This document shows positions 1-35,800 of a DNA stretch of 64,000 nt, piece by piece. The stretch comes from Macrostomum lignano. Taxonomy: Eukaryota. Position 1 is the stretch's first letter. Every line of letters begins with the position of its first letter. The notes beneath the pieces are model-generated. The model was not told the DNA's origin, did not search any database, and worked only from the letters and a program-made list of their open reading frames with translations. The DNA is taken from positions 294,755-358,754 of the forward strand of contig NIVC01000129.1 of the NCBI GenBank assembly GCA_002269645.1. The letters run 5' to 3'. A program made the translations under genes and the position numbers.

Positions 1-460
1 GCCTCAACAGCAGACTATTCAAACTTTAACACGCATCTCTTAAACACTTATTTGAAGTTTGATGACCTTCAGAAAGGATTTTTGATTTTGCCAAGTTACG
101 GCATTTATTTGGTCTGCACTTGTATATTTGCGCTCTAATAATTTTCGGCCGTTATTATTAAATTGATAAGAGATAATTTGTGCTAATAAAAAGTTTTACT
201 ACTAAATGAGGGCAGAGTTCAGTTAAAACTTCTGGTTTAAGAACCAGACTGAAATAAAAAGGTGTTGTTTTAACTTAATTAAGACTTTAGGGTATCTAAT
301 TACTTTAAGTTCGTAAGTTTGCGTTTTAAAGATGCTTGCTGGCTGGACTTAAAATAAAGACTTTTTAATTTCAAGATGCTCTCTCCACAGAATATAAATA
401 AATTCAATACATCGTGCTCAGGATCATCGGCAGTATAGAGATCTCCACTCAATCTGCAAT

Positions 461-4652
<4,192 letters not shown>

Positions 4653-5589
4653 CTGGCGGACGGACAGGTGCAAAGGAAGTCTAACTGTACTTATTGTGGA
4701 CTTTATGTACTTTTATGGTGATGGTTTCTACCCAAATGAACCAGAATGCCGATAGTGAAACCTTCTGCTTACCATTACACGTAATAGTTCGTAGGTGCTC
4801 GATAGAACAGGTGTTAAAACAAAGGCAAGCTTTAGCGAGCCTCACGGAGTTATAGCTTCCTTATCTGAGTTCTTTAGTTGAGCTTATACAAGAAAGTATT
4901 TAAGCTTGTAGAGGTAGCTAAATACAAGTACAAGGCTGGCTGCAGAGCTCTCAAGCACGCACTCCAACCCAAGGCTATGGAGATCAGGGAATTATAGTTT
5001 TCTGGGGTAGGGGGGGGGGGGTTGTTAGTTGTTAAAATTCCCAGAGCAACTAAATATCCCATAGCCGTGGCCGACTGGGTGAGACAAAGTGGGGGGAGGA
5101 CAGGATAAGACACACAGCTCCGCCAGAGACCGGAGGGAGAGCGCTGGCTGGTCTCCATGGAAACGAGACTGCGGGGGGGTTGGAGAGTTGAGGACAAAAT
5201 GCGAGGGTTGCACCTGGCCGCCTGTTGGGATAATAATAAGAGATGGGGACGCAGACTGTTGGGAAGGGGAGCGTCCATAACGACCTTGGTTGAGAAGCCT
5301 ATAGCTTCATCATTTTTCTGCCGTCTGCAGCAGGGGTGAATGATGAAGTTCTCAGTTGGGCCCGAGAAATTCATAGGTCTGTTTGCCAGCTGGCTAGAGA
5401 GGGAACAGGATCTGCCGGATGGGCTGTTGGGGTGACAGGATTAGTAAACTGACTTGTAATCTTACATGCAGGTGCGTCTACAGTATGCACAGTGGTGGTT
5501 TTAGTCAATATTTATTTAAGTCGCTGCCCATTTTTCGCTCATTGGGTAGCAATCCATTTTTCAGGTAATCTTAGTTAATTCCTGATTGT

Positions 5590-5715
5590 TAGGTAACCTG
5601 GGTACATTCCTGATTTTTGGGTAACCTGGGTACATTCCTGATTTTTGGGTAACCTGGGTACATTCCTGATTTTTGGGTAACCTGGGTACTTTTCTAGTTA
5701 GTCGGGTAACCTGGG
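5590..5715. repeat. ~28-bp tandem repeat (gggtaacctgggtacattcctgattttt)
   Basis: About 4 tandem copies that decay to the right. Confidence 0.75.
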
Positions 5716-5945
5716 TTCTTCTCCATTCGGTAAACTACTCTACTCTAATTATTTAAGTACCTTGGAACTTCTCTAACTATTTAGGTAATCTGGTACTTCT
5801 TTAATTAGTTGGGTAACCTAGGTACTAAATACCCTGGGTATTGGGTACTGAACTTGGGTTGCCAGAAAAAGATCTCTCAGCAGTAATAAGATTGCAATTG
5901 ATAATTTATATTCAAATGTATAAATGTACAAATATTCATTAAAGA

Positions 5946-8900
5946 TGCTGTGTGTGGGCTCAGGGCCATAGACACCTGGGAACCACCACAGTAAGTTTAT
6001 TTTATAAAGTAGAGCAGAGCAAGAATTTAAAGAAAGCCAAGAGGCCTAGAAGACGCTTGGCGTGAGCGCTCTGAAATATATGAGTACAAAACTCTCGCAA
6101 TCGTCTGACAACAACCGAATGACTCCGTCTTCTTAGTGCATACATAACAGTGGCGTCGCAAGCTTTTGGATTTAGTCAACTTGCGAGATATGTCGAAGTC
6201 ACCAGAAAAGTACCTGGTAAGACACCAGTGAAGTCTCCAGTGAAGATGCCAGCAATAGCTCCGAGCATGCTCTCACAGGATGCGACTTTGTCGAACCAAA
6301 GCAGCCGTCCAACGTCGGGAATGGCCGAAATAGAGCGATTGGACGAGAACTCTAGCCTGGAGCGATGGATGGATCGCTTCGAGATCGCGTCGAAGTTCTT
6401 CAACTGGAGCGCGACCGACAAGGCTCAGGTGCTGCTTTTGAGACTCGCACCGCAGCTGTTTGAAAAACTGGCGGACTATCTGGCGCCCAAAAAGCCTGGA
6501 GATAAGATATTCGACGAGCTGAAAACAGCGCTGGAGGTAATAATGCTGCCCAAAACGTACGTCCTTGCCGAAAGATTCAATTTTCAAAGTATAAGACGTG
6601 AACCAAACGAAACAGTGCGAGTGTTCTCCGAGCGATTGATTGATCAAAGCGGCAGAAAAGTGTGAGTTTCAAAACAAGGACGAAAGACTGCGTGATCAGT
6701 TCATTTGCGGCCTAAACAACCAAGGCATTATTGGGAAGCTTATCGTCAAAGATCACAAGAAGCTCAGTTTTAAGGACGCAGCTAGCGAAGCAGAAGCGCA
6801 TGCAAGTCTGTTGGATACTCCTATTATGAAGAGTGCACCAAAAACTGATGCTGGGTCCATCTTAAAGGTCGATTTATCGAAGCCTAGAACCGTCGAAAAG
6901 AAGAGCAATCAGACTCACGGAAAGGGTCTAGAGAAGGCGTGTCAAAAGTGTGGACGCGCACATGCCAGGATGCAGTGCCCAGCGTTTGGGAAAAGTTGCA
7001 ATAAGTGCGGTAAGCCTAATCATTTTGCGAAGGTCTGCAGAAATGGTGAGAGTAAAAGCAGGACATCAGGCGGAAATTCTGTACAACATGTAGCTGGGAG
7101 TGGAAACATTTTCGCGGCGGAAGCTCGAAGGTGTTGTCAGCGACAGCAGCCTCGAGAGCCGATTGCTATCACGGTGAAGATTCTCGAAGCAAACAGAGGG
7201 CATCCCATCCGTTGCGAGCTCGATACGGGAGCTGGAGTGTCGATCTTGTCAGAAGCCTTGTGGAACCAACTTGGTCGCCCAACTCTAAGACCTTCGGACG
7301 TAAAGCTGGGAGGCTATGCGAGTGACCATACGTTTCAGGTATTGGGAAGGTATGAAGCGACTGTCGATATCGAAGGCGAATTTCGGACAATCAATTTTAA
7401 AAGTTGTGAAAGGGAACAAGAGCTACGCTCTTCTTGGAAGGGACGTGCTTTGTGTCCATCTGGAATCAAGTCAGGCTGTGGGAGAGGCGGCACCTTGTGC
7501 ATCTATGAAAGCGCATCTAGAGTTAAAGGCGGGCGCGACACCGAAGCACATAAAGGCAAGGCCGTTGCCTTTTGCCCAACGTGAAGCTGTTCAGAGAGAG
7601 ATAGATCGATTGCTCCAGGAGGGAATCATAGAGCCTGTACGTTTCGCAGAGTGGGCATCGCCTATTGTGGTCGTGCCGAAACAACGTGGAGGAATTCGGC
7701 TCTGCGTGGATTACAAAAGGACTCTAAACCCGCAATTGGTACCTGACAGCTACCCGATGCCGACTCCGGAGGAGGCGTTTTCAGTAGTATCTGGCTGCAA
7801 GCGATACACGCTGCTCGATTTGGAGAAAGCCTACAATCAAATCGAGCTGGATGCCGGATCAAAGCCGCTAACAGTGATGTCAACACCATTTGGGAATTAC
7901 CAATATAACAGACTAGTGTTCGGGATAAAAACGGCGCCGTCCATTTTCCAAAGATATATCTCAGAAGTAATTCAGGGAATTAATGGATCTATAGCCTACA
8001 TAGATGATGTGTTGATCGGTGGAAAGGATGAGGACGAGCTGTTGTCAAGAGAGGAAGAGGTTCTGCAGCGGCTGGAAGCAGAGGGACTGCGTGTAAATAA
8101 GGAGAAGTGCCAGCGGAATCAAAGCAGGATTCGGTTTTTGGGCCACATACTCGACAACGGCAACATTTACCCAGATGAAGAAAAAGTTCGTGCAATTAAA
8201 GACATGGAAGCGCCTAAAAACCTGGCTGAGCTAGAATCATTCCTGGGCTTAGTGGCATTTTGCTCGCGGTTCATTCAGAATTTAGGTGACCTGACTGCTC
8301 CGCTGATGCAGCTGAAGCAAAAAAATGTACCCTTCGAGTGGGGACCGAAACAGAGCAAGGCGCTGGAAAACCTCAAAGCTTCAATATCTAGAGATGCGCA
8401 GCTAACGGCCTATGATCCAGATCGGCCTGTGGAGCTCGAGGTCGATGCTTCGCAGAAGGCCCTGGGGGGAATTCTGAGCCAGGAGGGTCGTCCAGTGCTC
8501 TACATCAGCAAAATATTGTCGAAGGCTGAGCGAAACTACTCGCAGATAGAACGTGAGGCGTTGGCCATAGTTTGGGGTGTCCGCAGATGCCATCGATTCT
8601 TGTGTGGCAGGAAGTTTACGCTGGTTACCGACCACAAACCGCTGGTTTACATATTTGCCGTGGACAGCGAGCTACCTGCTCGTGTTTCAGCGAGATGGCA
8701 GCGTTGGTCGATTTTGCTTACGGCGTATGACTACGAAATCAAATATCGAAACACCAAGGCGATGTCATCAGATGCGTTGTCCAGACTAGTATCGCAGCAT
8801 AAGAGTGAAGCAACTTTGGAGATTGGAAATGTAAATGCTTTCTGCACGCTGTTGCCAACTGAAGAGATTGTAAAAGCAACTCGAGAATGCAACGAGATGC

Positions 8901-10293
8901 AGCGCTTGTTGAGTGCTATCAGATCAGGAAGTTTCAAGTCACCGAAGCTACGAGCCTTCAAGCCGGTCCGAGATGAGCTCACAGTACAAGACGGTCTAAT
9001 TCTTCGAGGTCATAGAGTAGTGATACCTCGATCACTGCGTTGTAAGACGATCGGAGTGGTTCACCAAGCACACCTGGGAATAGTCAAATCTCTGGCAAGA
9101 ACTGAGTTCTGGTGGCCAGCGATGGACAAAGACTTGGAGAAAACCATTAGCAAGTGCCGGGTATGCCGATCAGCCAAACCACAAAATAGAGATTTTCGGA
9201 CGCCCTGGCCGCAGGCTGCTGGGCCATGGCAGCGAGTTCATGCAGATTTTGCAGGACCAATTCAGAAACAGTACATCTTGGTGCTGGTAGACGCATACAC
9301 TGGTTACCCAGAGATTTACATCGTTAATGACATGAAGTCGACCACAGTAATAGAGCGTCTCCGTCGAACGTTTTCCCAGTTCGGAGTACCACAAACTTTG
9401 GTTACCGACAACGGGCCGAACTTTATGAGTTCTGAATTGAACCAGTGGCTCACGGAAATCGACTGCAAGCATCTTACTACGCCAGCGTATCATCCGCAAA
9501 GCAACGGTGCGGCTGAACGGCTGGTAAGAACTGTGAAGGAGACAATAGAAGCAAACGGGTTCAGTCAGAAGACGATTGACCGTTTTCTTTTGTTTTATCG
9601 AGCGTCGGCTGGCAGAAACGGTGTTTCACCTGCAGAGCAAATGTTTGCGAGAAGGATTCGGGTGCCGTTCACTGCTAGGCAGGTCGGTCTCGAGGAGCAG
9701 GTGATTTACAAGAACTTCCAAGATGCTGCGGTTCCGGCAAGAATTGTGCTACCGCTAGGAAGGAGCATGGCGCTCATCAAGACTGAGGAACAGAAGCTAG
9801 TCTACCGGAGGGCTCATATGGATCAACTGAGGCCATGCACTGACTCTGATCAACAGCCTGGAGGGCAAACGGATCAGACGGCAGAGCAGTCCGATATCGA
9901 CCAGCTGCCCAAGTCCGGGGAAGAGGGAGAGCCAGAGGACAAAGAGCATCTCCCACCGGAGGATCAAGGCCAGCCACGGCGCAGCTACCGACTGGCGCTA
10001 AAGCCACGAGTTGACTATAGATGCTGATGTTGGCTTGCATTGTCTATTCACTAACTTGCGCTACCCATTGTAAGGGGGAAGGTGCTGTGTGTGGGCTCAG
10101 GGCCATAGACACCTGGGAACCACCACAGTAAGTTTATTTTATAAAGTAGAGCAGAGCAAGAATTTAAAGAAAGCCAAGAGGCCTAGAAGACGCTTGGCGT
10201 GAGCGCTCTGAAATATATGAGCTATGAGTACAAAACTCTCGCAATCGTCTGACAACAACCGAATGACTCCGTCTCCTTAGTGCATACATAACA
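5946..10293 (+). mobile_element. Ty3/gypsy (Mag-like) LTR retrotransposon, full length but frameshifted
   Basis: TG...CA LTRs at 5946-6149 and 10083-10293 differ by one substitution and a 7-bp duplication. PBS-like TGGCGTCGCAAGC at 6151; PPT taagggggaagg before 10083; gag-PR-RT-RNaseH-IN order. Confidence 0.95.
6150..10027 (+). pseudogene. gag-pol of the gypsy element (CCHC knuckles, DTGA protease, YIDD RT, RNase H, integrase GPWQRVHADFAGP) with two frameshifts
   Basis: Three overlapping ORFs: 6150-6665, 6640-7584 and 7316-10027. A 4-bp ATTG duplication near 6637 and an extra A near 7400 (ttttaaaagttg) break the frame. Confidence 0.9.
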
Positions 10294-10768
10294 GTTAATA
10301 AAACTTTAACGATCCATTTATAACTAGCTGTCCAAGTAATTACCTGAGCGCAACCCAGGCACGCAGGTAATTACGATAGGTATCTATCTGTCAACAAATT
10401 AACCAATGTATTACCCAACTAGTACTAAAACATAAATGAATAGAAGTGACTGAATTATCATAGCACTACTTCTAGTCGATCTTTTAGCACTAATGAATTT
10501 TGCTACCCATGAAAATGTATAGCTTTAACAAGCTCCAATTATTGTAAATTTTAGAAGTAGCATTTTTCTTGTTGAATCTGCGACCATTGCGATGAAATCA
10601 GCTGATGTGACAGACCTGCGGAGTTGGGTGCGCAGCTAGCTAAATTGTAAACGATTCTGGCTTAAGCGAAGCAGATAAAGTCTAACTATGCATTCTATAA
10701 AAATATATGCTGCATACTGTCAAATATCAATTTGCATCTGAAAAATTATTTCACAGTCCTACGACGAC

Positions 10769-29284
<18,516 letters not shown>

Positions 29285-29336
29285 ACAGGCTGGGGCTGCT
29301 CAATGATGATTGGAGCTTAATTCTCTGTGGGGCTGA

Positions 29337-29557
29337 GAGTGACTGTTATTGTGGCTGAAGAGTGACTGTTATTGTGGCTGAAGAGTGACTGTTATTGTGG
29401 CTGAAGAGTGACTGTTATTGTGGCTGAAGAGTGACTGTTATTGTGGCTGAAGAGTGACTGTTATTGTGGCTGAAGAGTGACTGTTATTGTGGCTGAAGAG
29501 TGACTGTTATTGTGGCTGAAGAGTGACTGAATTATTGTGGCTGAAGAGTGACTGTTA
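29337..29557. repeat. 23-bp minisatellite (gtgactgttattgtggctgaaga)n in the WSC 3' region
   Basis: About 9 copies between the convergent WSC and GlyRS stop codons. Confidence 0.92.
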
Positions 29558-29872
29558 TGATTTTTTTAATAAAATTATCTTCGATTATATAAGCATATTT
29601 CAGTAAGCTGTAAAACCAGCCGAAATTTAATTTTAACTTCACTAATTTAAGGTACGAGGCTACTAACAGTAGCTAGATATTCCCAAGAAATATCGTTTTC
29701 AATAAAAATTCTGGCTTGCACGATTCACACTGCGAAACAGTTAATAAAGAGAAAAATTAATTACTCAAAGCATCATTTTAATTTTTCATATTGATTGAGA
29801 ACTTCTAGCATAGAAAAATGCTTGCTTATATTTGCTGTTGAAATTGTCAGCAAATTTTGTGTCCACCGCCAG

Positions 29873-32800
29873 TCACCGGTTCGACTTTGTGCCTGTCTGG
29901 CCTTGAAACACAGCCTCTGTGTCCATCACCTGCGACCAGGTGACCCGCTGCTCTACCAGCTGCTTCACCAGCCCGGGCACTCGGTCAATCTGGCAATGCA
30001 AATGGAAAAATTAATTCTATTGCTAATGTTTCAAATCTCTGAAACATACACATATTCTTAAAAGATCTAAGATTTATAGGTATGGGGCCCTTCTGAAATC
30101 CCATATCATATGGGATCCAAGTCACTCTCTCTAATCTCCCCGAGTCACTCTCTCTAATCTCCCCGAGTCACTCTCTCTAATCTACCCCAGCCACTCTCTC
30201 TAATCTACCCCAGCCACTCTCTCTAATCTCCCCGAGTCACTCTCTCTAATCTACCCCAGCCACTCTCTCTAATCTCCCCCAGTCACTCTCTAATCTCCCC
30301 GAGTCACTCTCTCTAATCTCCCCGAGTCACTCTCTCTAATCTCCCCCAGTCACTCTCTCTAATCTCCCCCAGTCACTCTCTAATCTCCCCCAGTCACTCT
30401 CTAATCTCCCCCCGTCACTCTCTCTAATCTCCGAGAGTCACTCTCTCTAATCTCCCCCAGCCACTCTCTCTAATCTCCCCCAGTCACTCTCTCTAATCTC
30501 CCCCAGTCACTCTCTCTAATCTCCCCCAGTCACTTTCTAATCTCCCCCAGTCACTCTCTCTAATCTCCCCGAGTCACTCTCTCTAATCTCCCCCAGTCAC
30601 TTTCTAATCTCCCCTAGTCACTCTCTCTAATCTCCCCCAGTCACTCTCTCTAATCTCCCCGAGTCACTCTCTCTAATCTACCCCAGCCACTCTCTCTAAT
30701 CTCCCCGAGTCACTCTCTCTAATCTCCCCCAGTCACTTTCTAATCTCCCCTAGTCACTCTCTCTAATCTCCCCCAGTCACTCTCTCTAATCTCTCCCAGG
30801 CAGAACAGCAGACAGAACAGCAGGCAGAACAGCAGACAGAACAGCAGACAGAACAGCAGACAGAACAGCAGACAGAACAGCAGACAGAACAGCAGACAGA
30901 AGAGCAGACAGAACAGCAGACAGACAGCAGACAGAACAGCAGACAGAACAGCAGACAGAACAGCAGGCAGAACAGCAGACAGAACAGCAGACAGAACAGC
31001 AGGCAGAACAGCAGACAGAACAGCAGACAGAACAGCAGGCAGAACAGCAGACAGAACAGCAGGCAGAACAGCAGACAGAACAGCAGACAGAACAGCAGAC
31101 AGAACAGCAGACAGAAGAGCAGACAGAACAGCAGACAGACAGCAGACAGAACAGCAGACAGAACAGCAGACAGAAGAGCAGACAGAAGAGCAGACAGAAC
31201 AGCAGACAGAAGAGCAGACAGAACAGCAGACAGAACAGCAGGCAGAACAGCAGACAGAACAGCAGACTTACCGGAACCCGGACCTGCTGTCTGGAGTCCC
31301 TCTCCCGCAGCGTGACCGTGGGCTGCCGGCAGTCGGCGGGCCAGTCGCTCAACAAATTGGAATCCAATTCGCTCAAAGCGCCCGCCTTGACCTCGGCAAC
31401 TGAGTCGTAGTCAACCGTGACAGCGAACGGCACGCCGAGTTGGTCGCACCTGGCGTACCGCTTGCCAATGGAGACGCCTCGTGAGTCGGCGTCAACCAGG
31501 CCGGCGAGATTCTCGCCTACAGCCAGTCGCCGATGCAACCGACGGATGAGCTGACGCATCTCGGCTGAGCCGCCGTTCATAGGCAGCAGGGCGCAGTGGT
31601 AGGGTGCGAGCCAAGCCGGCAGGCTCAAGCAGGTCCTCTGTTCGTCTCTGCCCGGCCTCTGCCTGTAGTTGTGCTCAAGAATGGCCGACAACAGGCGGCC
31701 GACGCCGAAACTGGGCTCAACTACGCTTGGAGTGAAGCTGCGACTGATGAAGCGGAGTGAGAGAAAGTCGGAAATAATGGATTTTCTATTTTATATTTAT
31801 CTTCTATTACTATAAGAATAAAAAAGTTAACTCCCATGGCCATATCAGAACAGTTGGCAAACTGCCTCTGGTCTTGCCAATTAGGATCTCAATGATACTA
31901 CTTCCGTTTTCCAATTAGGATCTCAGGAAACTACTTCCGGTTTACCTAACCTAGTTGCGATCTCAGGAAACTACTTCCGATTTTTCAAATTGGAATCTCA
32001 GGATACTACTTCCGGTTTTCCAATTAGGATCTCAGAAACTACTTCCGGTTTTCCAATTGGGATCTCAGGAAACTACTTCCGGTTTTCCAATTGGGATCTC
32101 AGGATACTACTTCCGGTTTTCCAATTGGGATCTCAGGAAACTACTTCCGGTTTTCGTAATTGGGATCTAAGGATACTACTTCCGATTTTTCAAATTGGGA
32201 TCTCAGAATACTACTTCCGGTTGTTAAATTGGGATCTCAGGAAACTACTTCCGGTTTTCGTAATTGGGATCTCAGGAAACAAAGGAAACTACTTCCGGTT
32301 TTCCTAATTGGGATCTCAGGAAACAAAGGAAACTACTTCCGGTTTTCCTAATTGGGATCTCAGGAAACAAAGGAAACCACTTCCGGTTTTCCTAATTGGG
32401 ATCTCAGGAAACAAAGGAAACTACTTCCGGTTTTCCGATAGAGTTTACGCACGTACAAAGCAAACCCGACATTTTTAAGAAAGTGTCAGAGAGCAACAGT
32501 CAAAGTCACCTGGTTCCGCCAGTCGCAGTCCGCGCAGCCACCAAGCTCTCACCGGAGGCTTCCGAGTGCCGGCTGAGATCGTAGGCGGCCCTGTCCGCGC
32601 AGCCGACGCACTCGATCCAGTCGACGCGCCCGCAGCCGTCGGTGAGGAGGCACTCGGCGTCCCAGCAGTCGGCGGCGTAGTGAGCCATCTCGCAGGGCGG
32701 GTGCTGGCGGAAGCGCAGCCTCCTGGGATCGATGCCGCATCGCTTGGTGAGGAATAGGAAGATTCTGCCAAGATAATAGCCCAGAGTCTCATGCGCCACC

Positions 32801-35800
32801 AGGCCTGACGCTACTGAGGCGCCCAGTTGGCGCCAAGTTGGCGCCGTCAATGCAGCCGATTGATCTTCGACGGACAGCAGAGGAAGGTTGAGCTCCGACA
32901 CCGAGGCGAAGTCCGGGTGTCGGCTGAAGGGGAGCGAGTTCGAATCTTGATTTGAGGCCTTTGATCTGCCCATTCATTTGTCTGTCTGATCTCATCTGTT
33001 CTCTGAGTGCTCGATAGAATCTCAAATCTCACTCGAGTCTCTAATCATAATAACTCATCTAACCTGTATTTATGACTCAGAATCTCTAATCTCACCCATC
33101 CTCCCAGGTCATAAAATAACTCATCTCACCTGTACGAGCGTACTCCCAGGTTATAGATAGATATAATATCTCATCTCACATGTCCTCCCAGGTCATAAAA
33201 TATCTCATCTCACCTGTCCTACCAGGTCATAAAATATCTCATCTCACCTGTCCTACCAGGTCATAAAATATCTCATCTCACCTGTCCTACCAGGTCATAA
33301 AATATCTCATCTCACCTGTCCTACCAGGTCATAAAATATCTCATCTCACCTGTCCTCCGGATCGTAGAAGTGCTCAATCTCGGCCAGCGCAAACTCCCTG
33401 AGCCGGAGCAGCCCGGACCTCGGCTGAACCTCATTCCGAAAGCTCTGACCAATCTGAGCGACCGCCATGGGCAGTCGGCCCCGATTGAAATCCAGCAACC
33501 GACGAAAGTTGGTAAAAATTCCCTGAGCAGTCTCTGGCCGAAGGAACAGGCGGTGCCGCCCACCCTGCTGCCTGCTGTCGGCGCCCGCTGCGGTATCGAA
33601 CATGAGGTTAAACTCGCGGGGCTGCGTCAGGGCATTGCCTGTGCCTGGCGCCGTGATGCCGAATCTGGCAAGGATTTAATACTGAGAATACTGAGAATGG
33701 GGTGGAGTCTATTGAGAATGGGGTGGAGTCTATTGAGAATGGGGTGGAGTCTACTGAGAATGGGGTGGAGTCTATTGAGAATGGGGTGGAGTCTACTGAG
33801 AATGGGGCAGAGTCTACTTAGAATAGGGTAGGTAGAGTCTACTTAGAATGGGTGGAGAATACTTAGAATCGGGTAGAGCACTTAGAATGGAATAGAGTCT
33901 ACTTAGTACAGGGTGGAGTCTGCTTAAAACAGGGTGGAGTCTACTTAGAATCGAGCAGAGTATACTTAGAATCGGGTGGAGTACTTAGAATGGGATGAAT
34001 TCTACTCAGAATGGTGTAGTCTACTTAGAATGGGATGGAGTCTACCTAAGTTAGTTAGGGCCTAAGTCTACCAAATTGAGGGTAGTCTACTTAGAATGAG
34101 TCGAGTGAAGTCTACTTAGAGTTTATTCGCATTTTGTTGTTGTTTCAATGGCCAACTGAGAGAAAGGCAATGGTCTGTAGATTCCAGTAGAAGGGAAGAA
34201 AGGTCTTCTTCATAATTAGTTCGTAGCATTACAAGATCAGCTAATTACCTGTCAATCAACCCCTGCAGGCCCTGCCCATCAAGCGAGCCCAGCCCAGCCA
34301 GAGCTTGCTTGGCTTCACCGCTTTGTTTTCCCTTCTTCTTTGCTAAAGACTCCAGACTCTGCCTGATAAGGTGGTCGGCCCTGTAGGACTCGCCAGTGAG
34401 ACTGTCGCTTATCAGGTAGTCTGTGAATTTTTCCACGTGACCAGAGGCTCGCAGTGGCGCTTCAGGGGTTAGCACCGGACAGTCAACTTCCAGCATGCCA
34501 TCAGTGAGGACAAAGAATTGTCTCCAGTCCTGTAGCAGGTGGTTTTTGACTGCACAACCAGCTGGACCAAAGTCATAAAGACCTGCAACACCTGTGGGAA
34601 ATATAAATACTATAAAGTTATAGAAAAAGTCTAAATTTTTTTCCCAATTAGCCTTCCATTCTTTTTTGACTGCTAAACATATAGCTAGGAACAAATGTAA
34701 TATCTAAATAATTTCTTAGATTATACTGTACATATAGTAGCTATTAGTTAGAATATTAACTTAAACTAACAAGACTAAAATGAACATCAATAACTGTAAC
34801 AAAGATGCTTACTGCTACTTACCTCCGTAAATAGAGAATGACTGGTCATAATAAAATCTTTGCTTTATAAGATCATCAAGCTTGACTTTGTTCACTTGTG
34901 GAATTGGAGAAGAAAGTTCTTGAAGCTAAAAAGAAGAAATATATAATATATTTATACCAGAATCATAGCCAATCAATGACATAGGAAATTAAAATAATTA
35001 AAAAATTTAATATCCTTAAACATACCTTTGCCTTGAGAAGTTGCTTTTTGTTTTTAAGTTTAATAACTGCTTTGTCAAGTTCTTCTGATGATGTTGTGGC
35101 TTCTTTGATTAACCTTTTAACAATGGATCCCTAAAGCAGTAAAGTGTATGCATTTTGAATTGAATAAAATTAATGCAATAATTCAGCTCATACTCATACT
35201 TTAATATAGAAAACAAGTAGTAAGAAAATGGCGAAATCCAAAAACGTGGGATAAAACGGTAAAACAAATCTGCAGACATTCGATGAAAAGTAATGTATCT
35301 AAAAAAGGTTTTTGAAAGATAGATAGGTCTTTAGAAAATAGTTCTGGATAAAAACTATTGTTTTCATGCTTTATATTGTTGAATAAATAAGAAAAAACCA
35401 CAAAAAAACATTTTGAAAGTCCGAGTTGACCGATTTGCAATTTTTTGTTTCACTTTTTTTCATTATTAAACAATTAATTTTAAGACTTGTAGGCCTTATA
35501 GAAGGCTAATTTTTTTACTACTTACAAAACAGAAAGTAATCTGTGTTTTACTTTTTATTCAATTCAAAAAGATGAAGTATTTCTAAGGATTTCAAAGTTT
35601 TTCTAAAACCATATAAACTCGCAAAAATTCATACTAAAGTGCAAAGTTTGCCAGCAAACATCTTTTTCTAAAAGTAAATATATTGCTAATTCCTCGTTGC
35701 AAAATAATCTTTAAGTTGTTTTCTTTCATTTAAATATCAACTTGCATAGTATTAGTATTTGTAATATGCCTATATTTAGACTTAAAAATTTTGGGTAAAA

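Noticed and set aside
4874-5430. 166-aa minus-strand ORF as a further exon or gene
   Set aside because: No recognisable motif and no convincing donor; it could be UTR or upstream sequence of the 461-4652 gene.
7395-7410. TTTTAAAA as a programmed ribosomal frameshift in the gypsy element
   Set aside because: The required shift is +1 and falls in the middle of the protease (between DTG and LLGRD), so mutation or a homopolymer error is more likely.
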